Shown: positions 51,109-64,000 of the stretch, in pieces
Layout: every line of letters starts with the position of its first letter
Position numbering within the stretch: position 1 is the stretch's first letter
NCBI RefSeq assembly: GCF_964194155.1
Contig: NC_135907.1
Span: 24,676,001-24,740,000, forward strand
Source of the DNA: Cetorhinus maximus
Taxonomy: Eukaryota
Direction: 5' to 3'
Length of the DNA: 64,000 bases
Notes under the pieces: generated by a model
Told to the model about the DNA's origin: nothing
Seen by the model: only the letters and a program-made list of their open reading frames with translations
Database searches by the model: none
Made by a program: the position numbers and the translations under genes

Positions 51109-54100
51109 AGTCTGTGTGTTCCATCTGGTTTTGGCACCTGTACAATAGGCGAAATCCAGTTACTGCAACTGGATTCAATTATATCATTTTGAAACACGGA
51201 ATCAATTTCTTTTTGTAATTGTGATAACTTTGCCAGATTTAATCTATAAGGTTGTTGCCTTATCGAAGATGATATTTTTATACATACATCATGTAAAGCT
51301 AAATGTGTCTTTCCCAACTTATTTCCACAAATAGGTTTGTGTGACTGCAATAGCTTTTGCAAATCGTTTTGACACTTGCTTGGAAGCTAACTCAATATTT
51401 CATTTAAATTTTCAAGCACCCCCTCATTGTCCAATTTGATTGGAGGAAAATCAATTTCAGAGTCCCGCACTTCTACCTCTTTCTCATTATCCATTATCAT
51501 TGACACCTCTTTTTGTTCCTCTCCCCGTCAAAGTACTTTTTAAACATACTTACATGACACACCCTCTGCTTTTTTCTTTTAACTGGAGTACTTATTAAAT
51601 AATTTACTTCACTCAATTTCTTTTCAACCCTGTAAGGCCCACTAAATCTTGCATTTAATGAATCCCCTAATACTGGTAACAAAACTAGTACTTTCTCTCC
51701 AGAAACAAAACTGCAAATTTTAGCCTTCTTATCTGCTTTCATTTTCATCACTTGCTGTGATATCTTTAAATGTTCCATAGTCAACTCACACTCTCTGTTC
51801 AATCTTTCCCCGAAGTTTGATACGTAATCCAGGAGAGTAGTTTCTGAATTTTGACCCACCAACTTGTCATGAATCAATTTCAGTGGTCCCCTTACCTCAT
51901 GACCATAAACTAGTTCAAAAGGGCTAAAACCAGCAGATGCATTAGGAGCGTCTCTAATAACAAATAACAGGAATGGAATTCCTGTATCCCAATCCTGTGC
52001 ATAATCATGTGACTCCGGATGATAAGCTATTGACTTAATCTGTTTTGTCCCCAAACTATTCATTACTTCATTAAACAGCTGTGACATGAAATTTGACCCC
52101 TGATCTGACTGTATTTCCTTAGGTAAACTAAAGCTTGTAAAAATTTAATTATCTCCTCCACAATCTTCTTCGTTGTAATATTTCTTAAAGGCATTGCTTC
52201 AGGAAACCTGGTAGACACATCCATTATTGTCAATAAATACTGATTTCCACTTTTAGTCTGAGGGACGTGTTGTACACGATCAATCATGACCCTAGTAAAA
52301 GGTTCTTCAAATGCTGTTATTGAGATCAAAGGCACTGGCTTAATCACTGCTTGTGGTTTTCCTGTTATTTGACATATATGACAGGTTCTACAGAATTTGA
52401 CTACATCCTTACGCAATCCTGGCCAAACAAAATACCTCTGTATCTTTTCCTGTGTTTTCCTAGTTCCTAAATGTGCCCCCATTGGAATTTCATGAGCAAT
52501 CCTCAGAATCTCATTAGAGAATCCTACCTCTAATAGGATAACAACCTGATGCACCTCTCTCCAGCTTTCATTTGTTGAGACGTAAACCGACTTCCATTGT
52601 CTCATTAAAATACCTTGCCAAAGATAACAACATACTGGAATACATTTTGCTTTGGTTTCTGATATAACTGTTTTAATTGCAAATCATTTTTCTGTAACTC
52701 CATTAACCCCTTTGAACACTTCAATTGAACTGTCCTGCATTCCTTCCTCCTGAACAATGTTATCGAACACAGTGCCAGCTAATTGGATTTCGACACCTTC
52801 TTCTTGCCTTTGAACTGCCTACTTATCTTGTTTATTCTGTTCTTCCCTATGGGCCTTTGATCTCATTATAAAACAATCAGGAAGCAATCCAGGATGTTCC
52901 TTCTGTAGCACTTCTGTTGAAAACACTTCTACAGGCTATTCAACTACCACAGACATCACCCATATTTGTGATCCAGCTATATCATTACCCAGAATAAATT
53001 GAACCCCTGCAATGGGCAATTTTTCCACCACTCCAATTATAACTTCACTCGGCTTCCATCTGCTCTTTAAATTTACCTTCCACAACGGAATACATTTAGC
53101 ATCTCCATGAACCCCAATTATTATTACCTTCTCCTGCAACACTCACTCTGAACAAAACACTCGCTCTGAACAACAAATATTATTATCCCACAACATTAAG
53201 GATTGACTAGCCCCTGTGTCTCTTAAAATTTTAACATCTTTACCCACTCCACCCTGTACACATGGAAAGATTTTCCCTTCACATACAAAGTCTTTAAACA
53301 TTTCTGCGACCTGCTCCTCAGAATTCTCTTGAGTAAACTGTGAACACCATCCCACCTCTTTACTTTTCACTGATTCTCCCTGTTTCACCTGTACACAAAC
53401 CATTGGTTTCTCCTCTGTCCGAACCTCAGAACCCACAGTACTTTTACTTCCAGAGCTTTTCTGTACCCCTACAATTCCCACAAGTTTTTCCTGCAATCTC
53501 CCAACACACTGATTTTGTGTGCCCCACTTTATTACAATGAAAACACCTCAATTTTCGAATGTCACTTCTACCTTCAGCACCTTCATTTTAATTCTGAGAA
53601 AAAACTTCCTGGGAACTTCCAGCTACTCTTTCTCTTCCCTGACTACCCACCTTCCTTTCGCCTTCCCACTTTTTACCCTTTTCCAATTTGAAAGGGTAAC
53701 AGAAAAAAAGGTTTAGCTCTATGAACTAATTCATAATCGCCAGCTATCTCTGCTGCCTGGTCTTACAGAACCAACCCTCTGTACCTCCACATGGGTGCTC
53801 ACTACTGAATCTTTGAATTTCTTCCAAAAAAATCCCTAAGAGCTGCATAGGTTGTCTCTATTTTTAACGCCTGTATCCACCAGCCAAAATTACTTTGTTT
53901 TACTCTTTCAGACTCAATACAAGTTTGTCCAGACTGTTTTCTCATATTCCTATATTTCTGCCTGTATGCTTCAGGAATCAACTCATATGCACTCAGAATA
54001 GCTTTTATCACCACACCATAATTCACCGACATTTCTTCTGAAAGTGAAGCATATACCTCAAGTGCCCTACCTAACAACTTAGACTGTAATAATAATGACC

Positions 54101-55493
54101 AGTTTTCCTGTGGCCATTTCATCTGTTTAGCTAGCTTCTCAAATGAAATAAAGAATTCTTCAATATCTGTTTCCTCAAACTCTGGAAGAGCTTGTACAAA
54201 TTTAAACATATCCCCACTGGGTTATACTCTAGAGATAAATCCTTCCTCACCTACTGACATCTTTTTCTAACTTCCAACATTTTCAGTTGAAATTCTCTTT
54301 CTCTTTCCTCCTTCTTCACCTTCACAATTTCTAATTTCCTCGCTTGTTCAAATTCAAGCTTCTTCATTTGCAACTGAAGTCTTGCAACCTCCAGCTGTGA
54401 CTCGCTAGTGTCAGGTTTCACTTCCAACTGTAGATGCTGTGCTATATGTTTAACTATATCTGATTTCCTAGCCCCCTCGGGTAACCCCAATTTTAACTTA
54501 TCTGCCAACTCTGTTAACTTTCTTATGGTTATTCTCTCCAACCCAACCTGAGTTATCTCTTCTATTCCCAGACAAGTCTTGGCAATTGCCAAAGCCATCT
54601 CGCAGTCTCACCACTTCTAAAATACCTCACCAACTCCTGAATTCAAAGTGCCTGTCATACTCGTTATCTCAAGTTTCACCAATCCCTAACCAATCGAGGA
54701 ATCAGAAATACAATTTATCCCAGCACAGCCCCCAAGTGTTATGACCAATGCAATTGGTAAAACGGAGTTATTTAAAAATCCCAGAGGGAAAGTTAAAACA
54801 ACTGTCATAACCTATAATTTTAAGTGTTATGTTTGTGACTCTAAATTCAGGAATCAGACCACCAGTTCGCGAGGCTTTACATTAAACTAAATGAAACATT
54901 TTATTAATTTTACACAGGTTAAAATATATATATATATATACATGGCTTCAAATTACTACTAACATAACTTTTAACAAATTCACAAACTAATCTCCATTAG
55001 GCAACAGCAACCCATAGACTTAACCAGACACCAGGCAAAGCATTTTCACCTCACAAATTCAAAATGAGGTTCTTGTCACTGATTCCTGTGGAGCCAGTTG
55101 GAGGCTTACAGCTGCCTTTTGATCTTACATTGCCTCTGCCCTGTATATCCGAAAACTACTGAAGTTATACCTACCAGCCCCATTGAATGTTAATTCTCAT
55201 TGTATCATTAACCTCTGAACTAAACCTCTCTAAAAATAAAACCCCTTTCATAGTACCAAATTTATTAGTAATATAAACACATTGGGATAAATTCTAATTC
55301 TAATTCCTTGATTGGTTAGGAATTGGTGAATCTTAAGCTTACGAGTACGAGAGGCACTTTGAATTCAGGAGTTGGTGAGGTATTTTAGAAGTGGTGAGAC
55401 AGCAAGATGGCTTTGGCAATTGCTAAGACTTGCTGCTAGAGAGGCATCAGTTTTCTCCCGACTTCTTGAATGCTCTATTCAAAAAATGCAAAT

Positions 55494-55772
55494 AGAAACA
55501 TAGAAACTAGGAGCAGGTGTAGACCATTCAGCCCTTCGAGCCTGCTCTGCCATTCATTATGATCATGGCTGATCATCCAACTCAAAAGCCTGCTCCCGCT
55601 TTCTCCCCATATCCTTTGATCCCTTTCACCCCAAGAGCTATGTCTAACTCCTTGAAAACATACAATGTTTTGGCCTCAACTACTTTCTGTGGTGGCGAAT
55701 TCCACAGGTTCACCACTCTCTGGGTGAAGAAATTTCTCCTCATCTCAGTCCTAAATGATCTACCCCGTATCC
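55494..55772 (-). mobile_element. CR1 3' end nested in the 5' LTR
   Basis: CR1 tail in reverse orientation; absent from the other LTR. Confidence 0.85.
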
Positions 55773-55927
55773 ACAGACACTATCTCTCTTATATATCAAA
55801 ACTAGTACACATCAAAGCACCCTGACTATCTGACTTTAATCCAATTAAGACACACCCACTGACTAAACCTCTATTTTAAAAGAAAAATATTTTCCAAAAT
55901 ATAATCTACATTAATAACTTCATGACA

Positions 55928-56140
55928 AGTGTGTGTTGTGTTTGGATCAGTGCCCAGTGTGTGTTGTTTGGGTCAGTGTATCCAATGTGTGCTGTGTTTG
56001 GGTTAGTGTGTCCAGTGTGTGTTGTGTTTGGGTCAGTGTGTCCAGTGTGTGTTGTGTTTGGGTCAGTGTATCCAATGTGTGCTGTGATTGGGTTAGTGTG
56101 TCCAGTGTGTGTTGTGTTTGGGTCAGTGTGTCCAGTGTGT
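55928..56140. repeat. 30-bp GT-rich minisatellite, right part
   Basis: Same unit as 47570-48353. Confidence 0.92.
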
Positions 56141-56149
56141 AATGAAAAC

Positions 56150-59100
56150 AGAAAGGTCCAGGGAACATCTTCCGATTAGGCTCTCTGGTTAGCTGCTCTA
56201 AGGACCTGTCCCAAAAGGACCCTATGAACTCATTGTTCAGGCTCCCTTTGCCAATCTAATTTGTCCAATCTATATGTAGATTAAAATCACCCCCGATCAT
56301 CACCGTACTTTTCTCACAAGCCCCCATTACATCTTCTTCTATACCCCATCCTAAAATGTAGTTACTGTTAAGGGGCCTATAAACCAATCCTACAAGTGAC
56401 TTCTTACCTTTACTATCTCTCATCACTACCCAAACTTATTCCACATCTTGATGTCCAGAACTAAGATCATCTCTCTCTGTATTGTACAGATGTCATCATT
56501 AATTAATAGACCTACCCCTCCACCTTTTCCTAGCTTCCTGTCCTTCTGAAATATCACGTACCCTTGAATATTCAGGTCCCAGGCTTTGTCATCCCACAGC
56601 CAAGTCTCTGTAATGGCTATCAGATCATATATGTTTGTTTCTATTTATATTGTCAATCCATCTGTTTTGTTATGAATGTTACGTGCATTCAGACACAGAG
56701 CCTTTAGTTCTGTCTTTTTACTCTTTTTGGAACCTCTAGCCCAGGCTTGTGCAACCTTTTTTTTTTAAGTTCCATATTTGCATATTTTCTCACTGCGGGT
56801 GAGCAGATTTCCGAAAGATAAGGTTTGGCACAATAACAAACTGGATTTCAAAAAAAAATGTTGAGGTTTTAAGGAAAGAAACAATTGCTGAGCAAATATA
56901 AAACAATGTCATAGCAATAAATTGTTAAGTTGAAAAAGAGTAATTAATAAAAATGACCAGAGTGTGAGGGTCAGTGTGTGTGTGTGTGTGTGTGTGTGTC
57001 TGGCTCATTCCCAGTCTCATGGTGCTCGCTCACTAACCCTCACCCCCTGGGAGTGCCTGTGTGTGTATGTGTTGGTGTGTGGTGGTGAGAATGAGTGAGA
57101 AACCTGAGACTGGGAGTAAGGCAGAGTCACACTCACCATGACACACTACTCGGTCTCTCGCATTCACTGTCAGTCTCTCACGCTCACCCTCACTCACTCA
57201 CTCCCCCCACACACTTAGTCATTCACACTCACTACCCCACCCCCACACACACCCAGTCACTCACTCTCACTCCCACACACACGCTTACAGACACATTCTC
57301 TCACTCCCACACACAGACACACTCTCTCACTCCCACACACAGACACACTCTCTCACTCCCACACACAGACACACTCTCTCACTCCCACACACACACTCTC
57401 TCACTCCCACACACACACACACTCTCTCATCCCACACACAGACACACTCTCTCACTCCACACACAGACACACTCTCTCACTCCCACACACAGACACACTC
57501 TCTCATCCCACACACAGACACACTCTCTCACTCCCACACGCAGACACACTCTCTCACTCCCACACACAGACACACTCTCTCACTCCCACACGCAAACACA
57601 CTCTCTCACTCCCACACACAGACACACTCTCTCACTCCCACACGCAGACACACTCTCTCACTCCCACACGCAGACACACTCTCTCACTCCCACACGCAGA
57701 CACACTCTCTCACTCCCACACGAAGACACACTCTCTCACTCCCACACACAGACACACTCTCTCACTCCCACACACAGACACACTCTCTCACTCCCACACA
57801 CAGACACACTCTCTCATCCCACACACAGACACACTCTCTCACTCCACACACAGACACACTCTCTCACTCCCACACACAGACACACTCTCTCACTCCCACA
57901 CACAGACACACTCTCTCACTCCCACACACAGACACACTCTCTCACTCCCACACACAGACACACTCTCTCATCCCACACACAGACACACTCTCTCACTCCC
58001 ACACGCAGACACACTCTCTCACTCCCACACACAGACACACTCTCTCACTCCCACATGCTCGCCACAGCACCGTCTCCACCCCGGGCCTGCTGAAACTTCG
58101 CCCTCCCCAGGCCCGCCGTTGTTTGCCTCCGTGGGCTCCAGTCCTACCTTTGCTTCCCTTGACCGAGCAGCCCTCAGCACCCTCACCAACGCCGATGTTC
58201 ACTGCTCCTCCAATTCCAGGCCATTTCTCTCCATTTCTCTCCCAATCAGCAGCAAATGCGGGAGAGAAGCAGCCTGTGATTGGAGGACCAGCTCCATGCA
58301 GAATCTTCCACTGAAATTCACCTGTTTGACTGGAATTTTTAAAACCGGCTCCGGGGGCTGCACACAGAGACTTCACAGGCCACATCCAGCCCATGGGCCA
58401 TACGTAGAACAAGCCTTATCTGCTGGTGCACTCTTAGGCTTGCACACTCTGTCCCTTCCTGCTGTGCTCTGTTCATAATTTCCCTTATTAATATCTTGCT
58501 ATTTTGCCTTATCTTCTCTATTTAATTTATTGCACTTTCGCAAACTTGATCCATTGCCCCCACTATTTAGTTTAAAGCCCTCTCTATCACCCTGGCCATA
58601 TGACTCGTCAGATCACTCATCCCAGCACGGTTCAGGTATAGACCACCCCAACGGTACAGCTCCCACTTTCCCCAATACTGGTGCCAGTGTCCCATGAATT
58701 GAAACCCATTTCTCCCACACCAATCTTTGAACCACGCAGTTAACTCTCCAATCTGATTTGCCCTAAGCCAACTTGATTATTACTCATGTAGTAATCCACA
58801 GATTATTACCTTTGAGGTTCTGCTTTTTAATTTACCCCCTAGCTATTCATTCTCCCTCAGCAGAATCTCTTTCATAATTCTACCTATAACATTGGTAGAT
58901 GGATATCATGGACCATGACCACTGGATCATTCCCCTCCCACTGCAAGTTCTTCTCCATCCTAGAGCAGATGTCCTGAAACCTGGCATTGGGCAGACGACA
59001 TAACCATCTGGACTCTCACCCTCTGCTGCAGAGGGCTGTATCTACCCACCCCTGACCATGCTGTTCCCAACTACCATTACATTCCAATTAACTCCCCCCT

Positions 59101-59580
59101 ATTGAATGGCTTCCTGTACCATGGTGCCATGGTCAGTTTGTTCATCCACCCTGCAGCCCCCACTCTCATCCATACAGGTACCAGAAGCTCAAACCTGTTG
59201 GACAATTGCAAAGGCTGAGGCTCCTCCACTTCTACCTTCTGGGTCCCCATACATGCATTACTCGCAGTCACTCTGGTGGCCAGGAATCCCAATATTCTGC
59301 AGTTGCAACATGACACATCACTTTCCCTGTCATCTTTGTTATGTGACCAAGTCAGAAGACCCTACCCTAAGGGGTGTGGCTGCCTCCTGATACAAAGTGT
59401 CCAAGTAACTTTTGCCTCCATGATGCTTTGCAGTGTCTGCAGCTCGGCCTCCAGCTCAAAGACTCTGAACCAAAGCTCCTCAAGCCGCAGACACTTACTG
59501 CAGACGTGTTTGCCCTGGATCAGCCCGGTGTCCAGGAACTCCCACATTCTGCAGTAGCAAAACATCACCTGCCCTGCCAT
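56150..59580 (-). mobile_element. CR1 5' half (ORF1 zinc-finger/esterase and endonuclease start), split by a DNA transposon
   Basis: MAGQVMFCYCRMWE...CSKC, LSNRFELL, GDFN on the minus strand. Confidence 0.8.
56742..58416. mobile_element. Non-autonomous hAT-like element carrying a 26-bp CA-rich minisatellite (~57290-58055)
   Basis: Imperfect TIRs caggcttgtgcaac / gtagaacaagcct; interrupts the CR1; unit CACTCCCACACACAGACACACTCTCT. Confidence 0.6.
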
Positions 59581-59677
59581 CTTTATAATGTGTTAATTCA
59601 CTTATGCTTAATTAATTTATAATTAATGAACACTGCTATGCCCAATAACCTTTATAGCTGCTACTAAACTTTTGAAG

Positions 59678-59755
59678 ATTGGATTGGATTGGCCTGGACT
59701 AGATTGGATTGGCTGGACTGGACTGGACTGGACTGGACTGGACTGGACTGGACTG
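59678..59755. repeat. (GGATT/GGACT)n pentanucleotide microsatellite
   Basis: Directly visible. Confidence 0.9.
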
Positions 59756-60459
59756 CTCTTCAAGGTGCTCTTTTACCAGGAGGCAGTCAGCACTGCCCCT
59801 GGAACAGCTGTAAACACATCCTTGTTGATAACAAGTGTAACCTCCTGTTTGCTCAAGAGGAGCGTGAGGGAGGCAACATAAGTTTGTGAACAGATAGAAA
59901 AATGAAGTCAGTGGGTCAGGGGGTCAGTAAGATTCTACCTGCTGGTGAGACCCTCTCTCTGTTGAGACCCTCTTCAACTTGAGGGGTCTGGATGTTGTGT
60001 TGGTGTGTTGAACAAAGTTGCCATTCACAAAATCCTACAGAGTGAGAAGACAGTAATTGGCTGACCGTTAACATGAATGATCCTCCACCTGTGCAGCACA
60101 TGTCCAAATGTTTCTCATCTAAACGTATATATATATCACACAGAGCCTGTAAAGAGAAGACTATATAATTCATCTACAAATTCACTCAATAAAGCCAGGA
60201 ATTTGGACCTAATCAATACCATCTGTTCTCAACAACATCTGGGAACATTTTCCATCCTCTGCTGCAGCATTTCAGCCTTCACTAGAACTTACAATGCCCA
60301 GTTCAACAGTTGTCCATAGTGTGAAATGGGCAGTATCAATTCGGATATGAAGTCAATGAAGAAGTTAATAATGGGTGGGTATGTAAATGGGTGGGGAAGA
60401 GCTCCCCATGTTACTGAGAATCAATAACCACCTCCCCACCCACCACGCCCAACCTGTAC

Positions 60460-61800
60460 AATGCTGAGGGAGTGCTGTATTGTTGGGTAGTCAGTACTGA
60501 GGGAGTGTTGCACTGTCGAAGGGTCAGTACTGAGGGAGTACTGCACTGTCAGAGGGTCAGTACTGAGGGAGTGCTGCACTGCCCGAGGGTCGGTACTGAG
60601 GGAGTGCTGCACTGTTGAAGGGGCAGTACTGAGGGAGTGTTGCACTGTCAAAAGGGCAGTACTGAGGGAGTGCTGCACTGTCAGAGGGTCAGTACTTGGG
60701 GAGTGCTGCACTGTTGGAGGGTCAGTACTGAGGGAGTGCTTCTCTATCAGAGGGACAGTACTGAGGGAGTGTTGCACTGTCAAAAGGGCAGTACTGAGGG
60801 AGTGCTGCACTGTCAGAAGGTCAGTACTTGGGGAGTGCTGCACTGTTGGAGGGTCAGTACTGAGGGAGTGCTGCACTGTCAGAGGGTCAGTACTTGGGGA
60901 GTGCTGCACTGTTGGAGGGTCAGTACTGAGGGAGTGCTGCACTGTCAGAGGGTCAGTACTTGGGGAGTGCTGCACTGTTGGAGGGTCAGTACTGAGGGAG
61001 TGCTTCTCTATCAGAGGGACAGTACTGAGGGAGTGTTACACTGTCAAAAGGGCAGTACTGAGGGAGTGCTGCACTGTTGAAGGGGCAGTACTGAGGGAGT
61101 GTTGCACTGTCAAAAGGGCAGTACTGAGGGAGTGCTGCACTGTCAGAGGGTCAGTACTTGGGGAGTGCTGCACTATTGGAGGGTCAGTACTGAGGGAGTG
61201 CTTCTCTATCAGAGGGACAGTACTGAGGGAGTGCTGCACTGTCTAAAGGGCTGTACTGAGGGAGTGCTGTACTGTCGGAGGGTCAGTACTGAGGGAGTGC
61301 TGCGCTGTCGGAGGGTCAGTACTGAGGGAGTGCTGCACTGTCAAAGGGACGGTATTGAGGGAGTGCTGCTCTATCAGAGGGACAGTACTGAGGGAGTGCT
61401 GCACTTTCGGAGGGTCAGTACTGAGGGAGTGCCACACTGTCAGAGGGGCAGTACTGAGAGAGTGCTGCACTGTTGAAGGTGTCATCTTTTGGATGAGATA
61501 TTACACCGAGGCCCCATCTGCCCTCTCAACTGGATGTAAAAATCCCCATGGCATTCTTGGATAAAGAGAAAGAGACTCTTCCCCTGTGTCCTGGGGCTAA
61601 TATTTATCCCTCAATCAACATCACCAACAAAAAAGGACAAATTGTCACAAATGGTCATAATTATATGTGAGATCTTGCAGTGTGCAACATGACTTCCGCA
61701 CTTCCTACATTACAACAGTAACCACATTTCAAGAGTACATCATTGGCTGTATAGTGTCTTGGGACAGTGTGAGGTAGTGAAACGCACGTTCGAAATGTGT
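60460..61800 (+). repeat. 33-bp minisatellite (GTACTGAGGGAGTGCTGCACTGTCAGAGGGTCA, ~30 copies) running into the body of a DeuSINE-like SINE
   Basis: The array ends at ~61480 and continues as SINE core (ggatgagata...ccgaggcccc...aatatttatccctcaa). Confidence 0.9.
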
Positions 61801-62464
61801 TATGTTTATTGCAAATAGGGCTCTGAAATAACTGCAAGTTAAGAACTAATAGAGAGGAAGTTGTCCCAATTCTCCTCACTGTGTGTAAACAACATCTGTC
61901 CTGTCTACTTAGCACATTGATGTTTCTTGATCCTGTTCTTCGCAGACTGCCTGTTTGCAATTTGTAATAATATATCCAAAAGTATAAAAATAACACAATT
62001 CCATCCAAACTGGCTAAAATGACTCTGTGATGAGGCAACCTCCTGGCATCTCTTCACTTGTTTGTTAATCTGAACATTTATTGCTGGACACAAGGGCTCA
62101 TGCTACAGAAAGGGCCGGATGAGTAAACTGCACTGTCCAGGTGGGGGGAGCTGAGCACTTTAAAAACCTCCAGCTTTGACTCCTGGGCTGTTCTGACACC
62201 CACCCAGCCAAGTTCACAATCGCCCACCACCCCCCCCACCCTGGGTCAAGAAGATAATCAAGCAATCATTCCTTCTGAACACTTACTGTACAGAAATTTC
62301 AGCTTGAATAGACACCAGGTGAGAATAGAATCAGCTGGTGATCTGTCCATCGGGCCCTTGTCCGCTGACATTTGCAGCTCAGCGCTGGACAGACCCTTTA
62401 GGAAGTTAGCTGAGGAGAGCCAATGTCTGTGGAGTTGTGCTCCAACATTCAGCACCTTTACTGG

Positions 62465-63022
62465 CTGGGGGGCTGGGGGCTGGGGGGGCTGGGGGCTGGG
62501 GGCTGGGGGGGCTGGGGGGCTGGGGGTGGGGGGTTGGGGGCTGGGGACTGGGGGGCTGGGGGCTGGGGGGCTGGGGAGCTGGGGGGATGGGGGCTGGGGG
62601 GCTGGGGGTGGGGGGCTGGGGGTGGGGGGCTGGGGGGCTGGGGGTGGGGGGTTGGGGGCTGGGGACTGGGGGGCTGGGGGCTGGGGGGCTGGGGAGCTGG
62701 GGGTGGGGGGCTGGGGACTGGGGGGCTGGGGGCTGGGGGGCTGGGGAGCTGGGGGTGGGGGGCTGGGGACTGGGGGGCTGGGGGCTGGGGGGCTGGGGAC
62801 TGGGGGGCTGGGGGCTGGGGGGCTGGGGGTGGGGGGCTGGGGGTGGGGGGCTGGGGGGCTGGGGGCTGGGGACTGGGGGGCTGGGGGTGGGGGGCTGGGG
62901 GTGGGGGGTTGGGAGTGGGGGGTTGGGGGCCGGGGGGCTGGGGGCTGGGGACTGGGGGGCTGGGGGTGGGGGGCTGGGGGTGGGGGGTTGGGAGTGGGGG
63001 GTTGGGGGCTGGGGGTGGGGGG
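62465..63022. repeat. G-rich (GGGGGCT)n-type low-complexity array
   Basis: Directly visible; the Gly/Pro-rich ORFs are artefacts. Confidence 0.95.
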
Positions 63023-64000
63023 TAATGTCGAGACAGGAAGAATGAACAGAAAGGGAGAGACATGGTGCACAGAGACCTTGCAGCCACAGTGTTCTGTCCC
63101 ACTCCGCCCCAGTCTTCTTATCCTTGCCAATGTTCTCTGAATCACTTTAGGCTCTGAATATTTTTTTTTAAAAAAGCTTCCAATTAATGGGCTTTTGTAT
63201 AACAGGGGGTCAGACAGACTCGAAACGTTAACTCTGTTACTCTCTCCGCCGATGCTGCCAGACCCGCTGAGTTTTTCCAGGTAATTCTGTTTTTGTTTTG
63301 GAGACACGATGGGCTGAATGGCCTCCTCCTGCGCTGTAACAACTCTGTGAACCTTTAACAGTTTATCGGGGGGCCATGGGGGAGTGGGGTTTGGGGGCGA
63401 TGGGGTCTGTGAGGCTCTGTGAGGGGGGGGCAGACATGGGAATGTGGTTGGGAGATAGTGTTTGCGAAAAGTGCCACTCAGTGCGAAGCTCTGGTTGTAA
63501 ATTCAGATTATTTAGCTCGCGGTGATAGATTAGTTTCTAAATTATTGATGGCATAATTCCTACAGGATATCACATAACTGAAAGGCAGGCTAATCGATGG
63601 CTCTGCTCCTAAAGGGACCCCCTGCTCTCGCCCCATGTGGATACAGTGGGAAAGGTACAGGTTCAATTAACGACACAACATTAAGTGAGATATATACCGA
63701 TGGAAATGTTAATATAAAATACCCTACTCTTCAAATAATGCTGGGATCTAAACACCTGCTGGAATCTGTTTGCTTGAAATTCATTTCACTGTTCAGCTGC
63801 CTTTAACACTCACATCCTTTTACCATCTGGAGTTTAAAGACTGCTTCGCACGTCACTCAGTTAAAAAAAAAAGTGGAGGAACTTTGATCAAACTGGCAGC
63901 AAAAATTCTAGCGATGAGAAAGCGGAGAGAGAACGAGAAATAAAACTAGGGAAAGAGACACGTCCGTCTGGGGACAACTGGAATCGACTTTTCATCTCAG

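Larger units (their letters stand above)
48354..55927 (-). mobile_element. Full-length decayed Gmr1-like Ty3/Gypsy LTR retrotransposon (5' LTR 54737-55927, 3' LTR 48354-49693)
   Basis: Paired LTRs, AGTG TSD, PBS 54717-54734 (tgggggctgtgctgggat, tRNA-Pro-like), PPT at 49694; gag, protease DTGASQSL, integrase HHCC...GPY, RT YFDD, RNase H in that order; many stops and frameshifts. Confidence 0.95.

Noticed and set aside
61661-62038. ORF with 'LDGIVLFLY' resembling the CD3-zeta/FcR-gamma TM
   Set aside because: No dimerisation Cys, no ITAM exons, no convincing splice sites; it runs into a SINE and reflects T-rich composition.
62258-63307. Long Pro/Gly-rich ORFs (similar ones at 11903, 40244, 47575, 57095, 60421)
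   Set aside because: Stop-free translations of low-complexity repeats.

Overview
Vertebrate genomic DNA, almost certainly a shark or other elasmobranch (HE1/HER1-type SINE/LINE, CR1 LINEs, Penelope, DeuSINE-like repeats), and mostly repeat-derived. Host genes recovered from splice signals: (1) the 5' half of WBP11 on the minus strand (five coding exons, 51-12739, with a housekeeping promoter); (2) directly upstream, a minus-strand single-Ig (C2-type) receptor gene (14606-18879) with an Arg in the TM ('GIRLG') and a short Tyr-free tail, i.e. activating-type; (3) a divergently transcribed plus-strand single-Ig receptor gene (about 20645-46600) with an uncharged TM and an ~80-aa tail with five tyrosines in ITIM/ITSM-like motifs, i.e. 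inhibitory-type. Together they look like a head-to-head LRC-like (LILR/LAIR/VSTM1/LITR-like) activating/inhibitory receptor pair next to WBP11. Also present: a full-length decayed Gmr1-type Gypsy element (PR-IN-RT-RH order, tRNA-Pro-like PBS, AGTG TSD), a tRNA-headed HE1/HER1 SINE-LINE composite, Penelope hammerhead ribozyme motifs, an inverted duplication in a WBP11 intron and many minisatellites. All calls were made by eye; no database searches were run.
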